A stretch of 64,000 nucleotides of DNA, taken from Phoronis australis. Taxonomy: Eukaryota; Animalia; Phoronida. Of this stretch, positions 1 to 13,100 are shown piece by piece. Under the pieces are notes generated by a model. That model was not told the DNA's origin and did no database searches. It saw nothing but the letters and a program-made list of their open reading frames with translations. The DNA is taken from assembly GCA_002633005.1 (NCBI GenBank), contig NMRA01000509.1:221303-285302 (forward strand), written 5' to 3'. The first letter of the stretch is position 1. The number at the start of each line of letters is the position of its first letter. A program made the translations under genes and the position numbers.

Positions 1-870
1 CTTGCAGAATGTTCTGAATATTTTACCAATCCTTCGTGTATAATTACTTATTTCCTTCATTGACCGTATTAGTAACAGATAATAGCTATTGTTTTTATTT
101 TTCATACCAAAATTATTATAACGCTGCTGAAATTCTCATTTACCATAAAATCTGACGTGTTAGGCCATACCGTTGTTTTTGTTAAATGCTGTATGAAAAT
201 GCACCATTTCCCTCTATGCAGTGAAGGCTTAACTAATATACACATGTTGTAGTTATGTTAATGAAACGTAATTGGCTGAGGTTGAGACAAAATATATAAA
301 CCACGACACCTAGTGGTCAGTGGAAGATACACGCTGTATAATTGTTTTCTTACTTTATTACTTCTTGATTTCCATATGGTTTTGACAATCAATAAATTGT
401 TCAATTCATTTCACTGTTGTGGTCATCAATGATTAGCCGCCAGAAAACACAAGCATCAGGAACCGACCATGTATCCCAAGATGGTCGCATATTGGAATAT
501 TGCATTTTGAAATTTTCTGTGAAAATTTAATATCTAGCCCTTACATAGACGATTTTGAGCCAAAACAGCATAGTTTGTTCTGGCCTGTTTTTTTTTTGAA
601 AATGAAGTCTGTGGTGTGGCATTTTTATTTGCTCTCTTTGTCAAAACGAAAATCCACCTGAGAGAAGCAAAAATGTTATGAGATTTTGTTTACTCATTGC
701 TTGGCAAGTCATGGTGTTTCCAACCTTGTTAACATCTTGTTGACATGACTGCGCAGTTTTTCACAAACATACCCAAGACGTGGGCTGAAAGTGGTATGGT
801 GGCCATTTTTGTTTTGTCAATAAGCACAGTTGTGGTAAAGACGAGAACCAGCTTAAGTCTTTTTGGCCTC

Positions 871-2438
871 ATAGACCCTATTCACGCCGACAAGAGGCGC
901 GTTCCAAAACGAGGCTCGCTACGATAGCTCTGTTAGCTTATCGGCATAGGTCTGTGTTTCATTCCGTGTTGTTCCGCGAATGGCTAGAAAAAATACGGAC
1001 ACGCAACTGTCTGCTTTACAATCTCTAAAGACGTTGAGATTCCGAAGCGTTGGGTCGTTGCCATACGCAGCGACGAAGCAAAATATGTCCGTGAAAAATT
1101 TATAAATGTTTTCGAAAAGTTAGATCATATTTTGTCGCATCTCGGTGAGCATCATAGTAACGACTGGAGAATGGGCCAGCCAGGCTGTGTTTTCATGACT
1201 ACGGATTTAGGGGGGNGGGGGCATGGCCCCTCTAAAATTGTATCAGATCCCATTTTTGAGTTTGGGTGTGAATTGCTGACTAGCATTCGTGTGCAACCAG
1301 GGGGTCTTGGGGGGTGAATAAACAACGCATAGGCGCTGAATGAACCCCGTTTACCGTTTTTTCCTAAAAGGACAGGATCCTCAATCCCTCAAATTTGGGG
1401 CCCAATATCGGCCCTATTCCCCTCTCAAAAGTATTGAAATAGGCGAAATTCCCCCCACGAGGCATAAATATTCCCCTAGTGAAAAATCGCTCTGAGTTCA
1501 CTTCACCTGTGACCACACAGGTGACAATTTTTAAGAGCACAAAAGGCTACTTTAATTGAGACAGAGCCTATGAGAGCTTGCAACAGGCGGGGGTGCTATT
1601 GATGGTGATTGGGAGGTAGATTGTTCCCGCCCTCACTCGGCGAAAAAATCGCCTCTCAGTAGGCACCTTTCCTTTTCGATGAACGAGGCTCCTGCAGAAA
1701 ATGATAACTATGATTGCATTGTCCAGTTAACTGAAATTGAGTTCTAAAAGGAGGTTATGTTTTGGACGAACGAATTAGGTGTTTTAATTTTAAAATTCAA
1801 CTTGGTCCAGATTGATATTTGAAATCTAACACAATCTATTACAAGCAAGAAAGCAGAATTGATGGTCAAATAATTTTTATTTTCGATTACAAGCCTGGTT
1901 TTTATTTTAATAAAAAATATATTTAATAACATCAATTATTCTTTCAGATCAATGACAAATCAACTGTTGGTCCCAGTGAGTGCATAGGATCAGGCTATGC
2001 TTGATGTTAATTAAACCACTAGATGTGGCTAATCCACCACTGTCAACTCGTCAACAATACAAGCAGATGACCGGGTCCGCGTAGAAAGTATTTTGATCAA
2101 CAATTTACAAGAAAAAACGTAACCCTGCATTCAGCATAATACTTAATCCGTAACACTGTGATCGCCTCAATTTGGTCATGTTTACTTTTCATGTTTCGAA
2201 CCTAGCTTTCGGAAAAAAATTAAATCCTTTCGTCAGACAACTCTTTAGCGCCTTAACTTGTTCTCTAATGTAATTTTCTACGTCTCTGTGGTTAATTGTC
2301 GACACATTATTAAAATTTAATATCCAGGTTGGACTCGAAAGACCGGTCTATTTAACTCACGCAATGTCTACTTTCGCTTTGTTTATCGCAATGAGCCTCA
2401 CTTTGGGTTTTAATGTCCGTCGCGTGAATAGGGTCTAT
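871..2438 (+). mobile_element. Non-autonomous TIR DNA transposon with a decayed THAP domain (ISL2EU/Harbinger-group-like)
   Basis: Perfect inverted repeat ATAGACCCTATTCACG (871-886) / CGTGAATAGGGTCTAT (2423-2438). The outer AT may be a 2-bp TSD, as described for ISL2EU. Positions ~950-1090 read as broken THAP-like text (CFIPCC...KDVEIPKRWVVAIRSDE). The superfamily assignment is inference. Confidence 0.6.
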
Positions 2439-2519
2439 GGTAAAAGTTTAACTTACATGTCATTGTATTTCCATTTTCACTTCCTGATGTTTTAACCAAA
2501 TGACTATGTTTCTGTTCAG

Positions 2520-2719
2520 GAAAGTTTTGTCCCCACCCAGCAACAGCTGAGGAAGCTAGATTCAAACACCAACTCTCCAATATACAGTCACTTCAGTGAG
2601 ACGCTGAACGGAACTAGCACTATAAGGGCATTCTCTAGACAAGATCAGTTCATCGCAGACTCTGACGTGATACTAGACAGAAACCAAACTGTCAACTTTG
2701 CCTTTGAGTGCGGGTGGAG
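2520..2719 (+). CDS. ABCC1: ABCC/MRP1-like transporter, internal exon (TMD2 cytoplasmic loop)
   Basis: ttcag| acceptor and |gtagga donor. Translates ESFVPTQQQLRKLDSNTNSPIYSHFSETLNGTSTIRAF..., matching the MRP motif SPxYSHFxETLxGxxxIRAF. Ends in phase 2, compatible with the next exon. Confidence 0.92.
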
Positions 2720-2988
2720 GTAGGATGATTTTTTTAAGGGACATTGTTGGTTTCATGGCCAAAACATACATTTTTGGAATGTTCAGTTGTATTGTGATAG
2801 ACTTCTTGACATTATTTGTTTTGACCTGAGCTATAAAACAACAAAATCAATGGTATTTTTATTTTATTATGAAACATCAATTCTGGCCATTGTCTGCCAG
2901 TTATTTGCTAAAGTCAAGGCTGACCTTGAGGGTTGCAGATACAATTTTGTGTCAAGGCTAATCTCATAAAACCTCTGTTCTCACCAAT

Positions 2989-4402
2989 TATTATGCGCCC
3001 ACATATTTATATGTGGACGCATTATGCCGTCATCTCTGTCCGTCCATCCGTCCGTCCGGGCGGCGTCCGTCCGGCGTCCGGCGTCCGCTGCTCTATCTCC
3101 AAAACCCTTTGACATACGTTCATGAAATTTGGCACATATGTTCCATTCATGAATGGGACGGCATGTGCGAACTTTCGGACGGATCCGACTACCGGTGTGC
3201 CCCCTAGTGGCAATTTTAGTTTTTTACGCTTACCTTTGTATCTTCAAAAGTCCTGAACGGNNNNNNNNNNNNNNNNNNNNNNNNNNNNNNNNNNNNNNNN
3301 NNNNNNNNNNNNNNNNNNNNNNNNNNNNNNNNNNNNNNNNNNNNNNNNNNNNNNNNNNNNNNNNNNNNNNNNNNNNNNNNNNNNNNNNNNNNNNNNNNNN
3401 NNNNNNNNNNNNNNNNNNNNNNNNNNNNNNNNNNNNNNNNNNNNNNNNNNNNNNNNNNNNNNNNNNNNNNNNNNNNNNNNNNNNNNNNNNNNNNNNNNNN
3501 NNNNNNNNNNNNNNNNNNNNNNNNNNNNNNNNNNNNNNNNNNNNNNNNNNNNNNNNNNNNNNNNNNNNNNNNNNNNNNNNNNNNNNNNNNNNNNNNNNNN
3601 NNNNNNNNNNNNNNNNNNNNNNNNNNNNNNNNNNNNNNNNNNNNNNNNNNNNNNNNNNNNNNNNNNNNNNNNNNNNNNNNNNNNNNNNNNNNNNNNNNNN
3701 NNNNNNNNNNNNNNNNNNNNNNNNNNNNNNNNNNNNNNNNNNNNNNNNNNNNNNNNNNNNNNNNNNNNNNNNNNNNNNNNNNNNNNNNNNNNNNNNNNNN
3801 NNNNNNNNNNNNNNNNNNNNNNNNNNNNNNNNNNNNNNNNNNNNNNNNNNNNNNNNNNNNNNNNNNNNNNNNNNNNNNNNNNNNNNNNNNNNNNNNNNNN
3901 NNNNNNNNNNNNNNNNNNNNNNNNNNNNNNNNNNNNNNNNNNNNNNNNNNNNNNNNNNNNNNNNNNNNNNNNNNNNNNNNNNNNNNNNNNNNNNNNNNNN
4001 NNNNNNNNNNNNNNNNNNNNNNNNNNNNNNNNNNNNNNNNNNNNNNNNNNNNNNNNNNNNNNNNNNNNNNNNNNNNNNNNNNNNNNNNNNNNNNNNNNNN
4101 NNNNNNNNNNNNNNNNNNNNNNNNNNNNNNNNNNNNNNNNNNNNNNNNNNNNNNNNNNNNNNNNNNNNNNNNNNNNNNNNNNNNNNNNNNNNNNNNNNNN
4201 NNNNNNNNNNNNNNNNNNNNNNNNNNNNNNNNNNNNNNNNNNNNNNNNGCCGCGGCTATTGAGGAGACAATGACCATGCCTTTCCATTTTGCAAAGTATG
4301 CCCTCTACTGGCCACTTTATGGTACCAATAAACAACCCTAGAAGGATACCGTATGCGGTGCAATTGTGGGCGCATTTCAACGCTCCGCGTTGCTCTTGTG
4401 TT
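2989..4402 (+). mobile_element. DINE-1/Helentron-like non-autonomous element spanning an assembly gap
   Basis: 5' TT, sub-terminal repeat ATGCGCCCACA, nearby inverted copy TGTGGACGCAT and a (GTCC)n microsatellite. After the gap come the 3' sub-terminal repeat TGTGGGCGCAT, the stem-loop CAACGC-TCC-GCGTTG and a T-rich end. Confidence 0.65.
3261..4248. other. Assembly gap (N run)
   Basis: Run of N. Confidence 1.
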
Positions 4403-5043
4403 AATTTAATCCGTCTAGAATGATTCTCTAAGTTTGCACAAAAAACGGTCATTGATATTATCTATAAAGTTCGTTGATGGTTCGTCATGAAATTTGGCAT
4501 ATGGGGTTGATTTTTGGATTGATATGACTACTGTGATGCCTCCTAGTGTCAAATTGGTGTGTCTGTCTAACAAACTCTTCAGTTGTGGATCTTCATGAAA
4601 TATGACTTTAATGAAGAGACCATAAGTGTTTTTAATATTCAAATGGATCTGACTGCTTAGGAAATGAACACCCCATATCGCTTCACCTTTTGTGGTACAT
4701 ACTGTTCACTATCAGCATTCAGTTCCTGTTATCTTTGGCTTAGAAAAATCGTCAAAGTGAAACTGTTGTGTCACTTTTTGATGTATGTGTAAAACTGGGT
4801 AGCATAGAGCCAGCAGACATAATGACAAGCCAAATTAACAAACCAAATATAGTAGCTAAATGCCACCTATTGGCCAGCATGATAGTAACATCAGTAGCCA
4901 AGCTGAAGTCCATGAGAGACATACGCAACGTTTGCTAACTCAAGCAAATTCCAATATTCAACTTTAGTTAGTTTTTCTATATTTTGATACATCCCCTTGA
5001 TGTCTCAAAACTTTCATATGATTCTATAACCTTAACTTTGTAG

Positions 5044-5167
5044 GTGGATTTCTACTCGTGTGGAAAATCTTTGTGGTGTCGTCACATGTGTTGCTGCACT
5101 GCTGTCGCTTCACAATGGGAGGTCATCTGTAGCTCTTGGTGCTTTGGCGATCATGTCAGGTTGGAAG
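5044..5167 (+). CDS. ABCC1: ABCC/MRP1-like transporter, exon (TM16 to start of TM17)
   Basis: tgtag| acceptor and |gtaatt donor. (R)WISTRVENLCGVVTCVAALLSLHNGRSSVALGALAIMSGWK aligns with MRP1 RWLAVRLE...GLSVSYSLQ. Phases 2 and 0 fit the neighbouring exons. Confidence 0.88.
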
Positions 5168-5554
5168 GTAATTTACTTGGGGCCATTGTGTAACTTGTAC
5201 TTGAAATCAAATTTAAAATTGGTTTTAACATCCGTTCTGCTTTGTTAACTCAAGACATGAGTCTATTATTCTGTACTCAGTTGTGGATGACTGCTCTTGA
5301 TGACCCCAGCATCAAAACTTTTAAATCTTGACTAGTTAACTTGAAATCTCACGTTTTTCCTGAAGTTTCAATTCAGATGAGGTAATCAAGTACAAAATAT
5401 TAGACTCTCATATTGAGTTTACAACGCCGAACTAAATGATAAAAACTGATTTTGGGTTTTGAGATTGCATCCGAGTTGTAATGACATCATAGAATATTTG
5501 TTTTGTGCTTCTCCAGTTTTTATTGGTTTGAGGTTCACCATGAGGACCGATGAT

Positions 5555-6392
5555 TCACTGTCCGGTGTGAGACTAATACTGTATCACACTACAGACAACA
5601 AGGATATACTGTCCAGTGTTGGACTAATATTGTAGCACACTACAGACTACAATGATATACTGTCCAGTCTGGACTAATATTGTATCACACTACAGTTTAC
5701 GATGTATTGTTCAGTGTGGGATTAATATTGTATCACACTACAGACAACAGTGATATACTGTACAGTGTGCGACTAATGTTGTGTCACACTACAGACTGCA
5801 TTATACTGTCCAGTCTGGACTACTATTGTATCACACTACAGACTACAATGATATGATATACTGTCCAGTGTTGGACTAATATTTTAGCACACTACAGACT
5901 GCAATGATATACTGTCCTGTGGGACTAATATTGTATCACACTACAGACAACAAGGATATACTGTCCAGTGTTGGACTAATATTGTAGCACACTACAGACT
6001 GCAATGATATACTGTCCAATGGGACTAATACTGTATCAAACTACAGACAACAAGGATATACTGTCCAGTGTTGGACTAAAAGTAGCACACTACAGACTAC
6101 AATGATATACTGTCCAGTCTGGACTAATATTGTATCACACTACAGACTACGATATACTGTTCAGTGTGGGACTAATATTGAATCACACTACAGACTGCAA
6201 TATACTGTCCAGTCTGGACTAATATTGTATCATACTACAGACTACGATATACTGTTTAGTGTGGGACTAATATTGTAGCACACTACAGACTACAATGATA
6301 TACTGTCCAGTCTGGACTAATATTGTATCATACTACAGACTATGATATACTTTCCAGTGTGGGAATACAACTGTATCACACTACAGACTTCA
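5555..6392. repeat. Minisatellite, ~50-55 bp unit (ACTGTCCAGTGTTGGACTAATATTGTAKCACACTACAGACTACAATGATAT)
   Basis: About 15 visible tandem copies in the intron. Confidence 0.95.
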
Positions 6393-7213
6393 ATGAAGAG
6401 TATTCATCAATTGAAACACCCTTCATTGAAGATGATGACGTTCGTTCTATAATAAAACAAAACAAAGAAAAAATATATTACAACTGCGCAAAGTCAATAA
6501 GGACCAAAATACATTTCCAAGACTGAATCCTAGGAAACAAACAGAGACACCTACCTGAGAAACTGATAACTATAGACACTGCTTGAAAACACCTTCTAAA
6601 AACAAAAAATTGCCTAATGTTTTACTGAATGTTCCTAGGAAACTTGTAGTGCTATGTGACGGCATACTCACTGTCTATTTTATTGTGTATATACCTGAAC
6701 TGGAAACGTAATCACCCGTCTTTGGATGCCGTTTCAAGTTTTTGTAATTTTAGTTTACTGATTTTAAAGAAAACAAAGACCCGATTGTAAGCTCTTGTCG
6801 CTGCACAACACGGTAAAAGTTATTTTCTTAAAAATTTTAGGTTGCAAACTTTTGTTAATTAGGCTCGTTTTTTCCGCTGCTTTTAACCACAATCACAATT
6901 ACCGTAATCAAACCACTCGAGCTATAGATCAACCCTAGGCAGCCGTAAGATTGAAGCCTATGCGTTTTGGGGTGGTGACACACCACAGCTGTAAAGGGAC
7001 TCTGGGGTAAAAGTGAAACATTTCCTATAGAAACAGGTGCTAAAGGTGTAACAGGAGAATTTTACAAATGAGTTCTTAGTTAAGGTTAGTAGGCAATATT
7101 TTGCTGGATGAGTCAAATCATGCTGAATTATGCATTTTATAATACTTCGGTGGGAATTATAACATTTTCTTGCTGGAATTGTTGCTGTTGATTCTAGAAT
7201 AATGTTGTTGTAG

Positions 7214-7462
7214 ACTGGAAGGTGTTTCCACTGGTTGATGTTTAACATGTGGCATTTCAACCTGAGGCTGGTCTCAGTGGAAAGAGTTAAGGAGTACTCT
7301 GAGATCAACACTGAAGCGGATTGGTCAGTGGAATCCACCAAACCGCTTGCTGATTGGCCAACTGCTGGAGCTATTGACATTGAGAACTTCTCAGTACGTT
7401 ATAGAGAAGGTCTGAACCTAGTCTTGAAGGAAATGAACTGCCATATCAATCCAAAGGAAAAG
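7214..7462 (+). CDS. ABCC1: ABCC/MRP1-like transporter, exon (TM17, linker, start of NBD2)
   Basis: tgtag| acceptor and |gtaaaa donor; 249 nt in frame. Contains VSVERVKEYSE...WPTAGAIDIENFSVRYREGLNLVLK...PKEK. Confidence 0.93.
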
Positions 7463-7466
7463 GTAA

Positions 7467-7790
7467 AATTTGAATGATGAAAGTCATTGTATGCAGGAGT
7501 CTCACAATTAATGACTCATCAATTTGAATGATGAAAGTCATTGTATGCAGGAGTGTCACAATTAATGACTCATCAATTTGAATGATGAAAGTCATTGTAT
7601 GCAGGAGTGTCACAATTAATGACTCATCAATTTGAATGATGAAAGTCATTGTATGCAGGAGTCTCACAATTAATGACTCATCAATTTGAATGATGAAAGT
7701 CATTGTATGCAGGAGTATCACAATTAATGACTCAGAAATTTGAATGATGAAAGTCATTGTATGCAGGAGTCTCACAATTAATGACTCATG
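7467..7790. repeat. 54-bp minisatellite (AATTTGAATGATGAAAGTCATTGTATGCAGGAGTCTCACAATTAATGACTCATC); a second array lies at ~8436-8625
   Basis: Six near-identical tandem copies starting just after the splice donor. Confidence 0.95.
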
Positions 7791-8623
7791 AATATTTTAT
7801 GCGCCCATGTGTGGGTGGATATTGTCGTCATCTCTGTCTAGGCATCTGCAATCCGCGGCTGTATCTCCTAAACCTCTTTCAGCATTTTATTGAAATTTGG
7901 CGGGTGTGTTCCTATGGGGTTGATGACAGAGGACAACGAGTTTCAGACTGACTGGAATACTGCTGTGCTCCACTAGTGGCAATTTTAGTTTTTTACGTTT
8001 GCCATCTTCAAAGGTCCTCAACCGATTTTCATGAAATTTAGCACATAGGCACCTATTAATGAGGTGAAGCTATCCTCCCGTTTTCCTATGGATTAGAGAC
8101 ATTTTGCGCCATCTAGTGGCTATTTTTACTATTTTTAATCTGCTATTTGGCGTCCACCCCTCTATCAACCAAACCACTCTAAGGATTATTGTGAAAATTG
8201 ACGTGTGTGTTCTTACTATGAAAAGAACGGTTGACAATGATTTTCCGACGACTTCGACTAGTGTGGCGCCTCCTAGTGGCCGTTTTGTCTTTTTGTGCCC
8301 ATAGGTATATTTCGTAAGCCCTCTACAGGAACTTTGTCAAATTTAGCATGTTTTTATATGAAGTTGACAACGGAAGATGACAACTTCCAGTCGGATCCAA
8401 TGCATAATGCGCCCCCTAGTTGCAATTTCNGCACGAGTCTCACAATTAATGACTCATCAATTTGAATGATGAAAGTCATTGTATGCAGGAGTCTCACAAT
8501 TAATGACTCATCAATTTGAATGATGAAAGTCATTGTATGCTGGAGTCTCACAATTAATGACTCATCAATTTGAATGATGAAAGTCATTGTATGCAGGAGT
8601 CTCACAATTAATGACTCATCAAT

Positions 8624-9946
8624 TTTTTATGCGCCCACATAAATTATGTGGGTACATATATATATGTGGGTTGATATTGTCGTCATCTCTGTCTAGGCGT
8701 CTGCAATCCGCGGCTGTATCTCCTAAACCTCTTTCAGCATCTTATTGAAATTTGGCAGGTGTGTTCCTATGGGGTTGATGACAGAGGACGACGAGTTTCA
8801 GACTGACTGGAATACTGCTGTGCTCCACTAGTGTCAATTTTAGTTTTTTACGTTTGCCATCTTCAAAGGTCCTCAACCCATTTTCATGAAATTTAGCACA
8901 TAGGCACCTATTAATGAGGTGACGCTATCCTCCCGTTTTCCTATGGATTAGAGACATTTTGTGCCATCTAGTGGCTATTTTTACTATTTTTAGTTTGCTA
9001 TTTGGCGTCCACCCCTCGATCAACCAAACCACTCTAAGGATTATTGTGAAAATTGACGTGTATGTTCTTACCATGAAAAGAACGGTTGACAATGATTTTC
9101 CGGCGACTTCGACTAGTGTGGCGCCTCCTAGTGGCCGTTTTGTCTTTTTGTGCCCATAGGTATATTTCGTAAGCCCTCTACAGGAACTTTGTCAAATTTA
9201 GCATGTTTTTATATGAAGTTGACAACGGAAGATGACAACTTCCAGTCGGATCCAATGCATAATGCGCCCCCTAGTTGCAATTTCTTTTATTCTGTTTCTC
9301 TGAAGTTCCTTGAAGAATTTTTCATGAAATTTGGTAAATAACTTTGTGTTAAAAAAAACAATGAAATTTTCCTGTTTTTGGATGGATTCGACATATCTTG
9401 TGCCATCTAGTGGCCATTTTTACTGTTTTCTAGTTTGTTTTTGGCATCCCCCTCTGTCAACCAAACCACTCTTAGGATGATTGTGAAATTTGGCTTATAT
9501 GTTCTTAGTTTAAAGAGGACGGTTGATGATGATTTTGCAACGACTTCAATTACTGTGACGCCTCCTAGTGGCAGTTTTTTTACACCCATGGCTGATCTCC
9601 TACACCCTTTACAGGATCTTAAATTAGTAAATTTTACCAAGTGTATTTATATGAAGTTGACAACGGAAGATGAATACTTTCAGATGGATCTGACGAACAC
9701 TGTGCTCCCTGGTGGTAATTTCATTTTTTCCCATTTTCCTCAGTCTGTTTGTCTGAAGTTTCTTTACAGATTTTCATGAATTGGTGGTAAATAGCTTTCT
9801 GTTAAAGAAATGGTGACATTTTCCTGTTTTCAGATGGATTCGAAGTATTTTGCACCATCTGGTGGCCATTTATATGATACAAATAACCACCCCTAGAAGC
9901 ACACTGTTTGCGGTGCATTCGTAGGCGCATTTCGTTACTCTTGTTT
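8624..9946 (+). mobile_element. DINE-1/Helentron-like element with internal tandem repeats; partial duplicate at ~7795-8429
   Basis: Same 5' ttttatgcgcccacat as the element at 2989. It has internal degenerate repeats and a 3' end (GCGGTGCATTCGTAGGCGCATTTC...CTCTTGTTTT) similar to 4355-4402. Confidence 0.65.
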
Positions 9947-11175
9947 TAAGTACAATGAGGACTACCTTGAATATATTAATGTGAATTGAAGTCTATATAA
10001 CATTTCAAAGGTATGTACTAGGATGAAAAATGTTGGATACATCCTGTTTCAACCACAGATGGCGCACTGTTACAAGTCTGTATGGTGTTGATGCAATGAA
10101 TGTGTGTTAGTATAACACATGACTTAAGTTGGGAAGATGTTATCAGGAAGTGTCAAGGGACTAACCTTCAATTTTTAGTTAGTTTCCAACTGTAATCACA
10201 AAACTAATTGAGAAAAAAATATTGATACCATTAGAACAATCCTTTGTCCAGATCAATCTCTTTGTTTTATGACATGAACAGCATCATTATGCTTTGAAAA
10301 TGTTGCCTTCCACAGTACAATTGGAAATTCACTCACACAATATACTCTCATATATATTGGTGAAGGATAGATGGTGCTGTAGTCAAATACACTCAGTCTG
10401 TCTCATGTAGGCTTTGCATGCGCTAGCACGTGGGTAGCAGGTGGTCTGATTTGAGTCACTTAATCAAATCCTGGCAGTTGAAGTGAAAGCCCAGTGTGGG
10501 TTCCTCTGTTACCCAAAGTACCAACAAAAATATGGTTTGCCAGACTCACCAATGGTAAAGTGCTGGTACATTGCAGTGGTGATCACTTTAAAATTAATTG
10601 TTGACCCAAGCAGTATTGACCAAGGATTGATCAAGAATATATTTCTGTGACTATGCTGCAAGTAGAACAATAGGCAAAAAGGCCAACTGCAGTCAGGTTC
10701 AAACCTGAGACCTCAGGCAGACAATCCCCGGGCTTGATAAGCACTTACTTTGTAAGTCAATTAGTATCGTATTATATTCCTATACTGCAGACTCCATGGC
10801 AATGCACATGGTTTACCCTGATTCAATCTTTTTGTTCTTTGTCGCTGTCCTTTCTCTGCACTCCGTTGCCCCTAAAGACGTACTGGTCAACACCATCCCC
10901 CACAAACCCTGGTCAATAGGACCCACTAACTTATTCACGACTTCAAGACTGAACAACATTAAAGAATAGTTAGTGCAAAATTATGTACTACATTTTTAGA
11001 CCAGTATGTTTTTTGACTAAACAAGACCTTATGGCTTCCCATCTCTCCACAACCATTCACACAAACTCTTAAAACATACCCATTACTCTCATTTTTGGTG
11101 AGTGCGGTGCTCCATGTGCATTGGTCAGCTTCCCTCGTTTGGGCATCAAATGCATTTTATCTTGTTTTTCCTTAG

Positions 11176-11337
<162 letters not shown>

Positions 11338-11618
11338 TAGGAGAGCATCCAAGTTTGTGTGATTTGGTGACTTGCAACTTTACTGTATTGTAGGAATCTG
11401 AATTACCCCCTGGTTTGTCCCTTATTGGACCCCCTGGACAAAATCCTGGGTCTGCAGCTTTTTACGTGATGAATCTGTAAAATAATAGCATACACTGTCA
11501 GTTAGTTTTAAAAGAAATGTGTAATTCTTATTGTCAAAATATGGGCAATGTGTCTTGGTTATAAACCTTCATCAATTTCATTGAATAAAGCAGGTTGTAT
11601 AATTGCTTCTCATTCTAG

Positions 11619-11792
<174 letters not shown>

Positions 11793-13100
11793 TGATGTAT
11801 ATCTTTGGCAATAGATGTCACTGTGTGTACCACTAAGGATTCTGGAAAGTTGACATTGAGTAATAGCCAATTTTCAAAATAGCCGTGCCACATTGAAATT
11901 CACTATCCCACCAAACGGGGATCAGATCTTTGTTGGACAGGTGTTCACCACCTACAGATCCCATGTAATGCTGATGAGCAAAAATTTGCAACCTAGTGGT
12001 ATAAAGTGTTTTAGCACATTCCCTGATGTAATGTTGGCAATTTTCCCTTTTGTGCTGTGGCCCCTTGAATTTTGAGGATGTGGACCTTTTACTAAAAAAA
12101 AACAAAAAACAGAATATGGGGTCCGTTCAAGGCTATGAATTGTGCATACGCCGAATTCCTGTCTTAGTTGACTTTTGTCTCGTTTTTCTCGGACTTTGTG
12201 TTTCTTTGAGGCGGACCTTTCTTCCCACTTTTGAGCCCCCTGAGCCAACCCCCTGGGTGTGCGCATGCATAGCCCACCCATATTAAAAATAAGGTGTAAC
12301 CATGCAGTAGGCCTGCCTAGACTCTCAGTTACCCACAGGAATGAATTTGAACTCCGGACGTTGAAGTCTGAACACTTTTGCGACACACTCTGTATCTTTT
12401 CCCCCAGCAACCAGAACCTGGACTAGCGGCTGTGTTACATCAAGGGATTCTAAAACGGCCACAAAGGCACTCCTACCAGGCACCTCGGGATCTCACCTTT
12501 CCAGAAAATTACTTCAAAGAATAGCCATTGATAATAAAATGAAATTTTACCCGAAATTGGATCATAATAAAACAAACCTTGACCTTCAACCCAGAGCAAA
12601 AGAAAAGGTACGAATCCACTGCCGGAATCCAGCTATAATTACTTCAAGCAGCTCCCAGCTACCCATCAGTGCGCTAGACCTAAACCCATTCTTACACTCC
12701 GTGAAACTTAGTTGGTTCACGGTTACTAAAATCCTGACGGCTGCATCCCCGTAATTACCTCCACCTGTGGCGGACGTGGGGGGGGTTCGGTACAAATTTG
12801 GTGACATCCAGAGAACGCGGGGGTGAGTGGGGGGAGGGAGTGGCAATAGCAAAGGAGTAGGTTAGCGAAGTCAAATTGGTTTGTGCCCCCCAATATTTTT
12901 TTCCTTCCTACAGGCCTGGATATACTAAAGGCTTACTGAAAATGGCAAACCTCTAGAAATTAGATGAAGGACATTATGTCCCATACATTTCCACTGTGAA
13001 GAAGAATACGTGGCTGGATGGTTGGTGGCTGCGACTGATAAAGGGAAATAATTTTGAACCCAGCCGAAATCAGAAAGCTAAAATGAATTAGTGATCTTAA

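Noticed and set aside
3153-4452. Long ORFs of 353-402 aa in the ORF track (also 24305-24983)
   Set aside because: They are artefacts of translating N gaps.
5555-6392. Regular arrays (also 7467-7790, 48010-48212) that might be mistaken for CRISPR
   Set aside because: Units are head-to-tail with no unique spacers, there are no cas genes, and the context is eukaryotic intron; they are minisatellites.
7446-7775. Repetitive-peptide ORFs (also 8354-8605, 17307-17621, 47987-48248, 49873-50259)
   Set aside because: They are translations of tandem repeats with unit lengths divisible by three, or of (TA)n.
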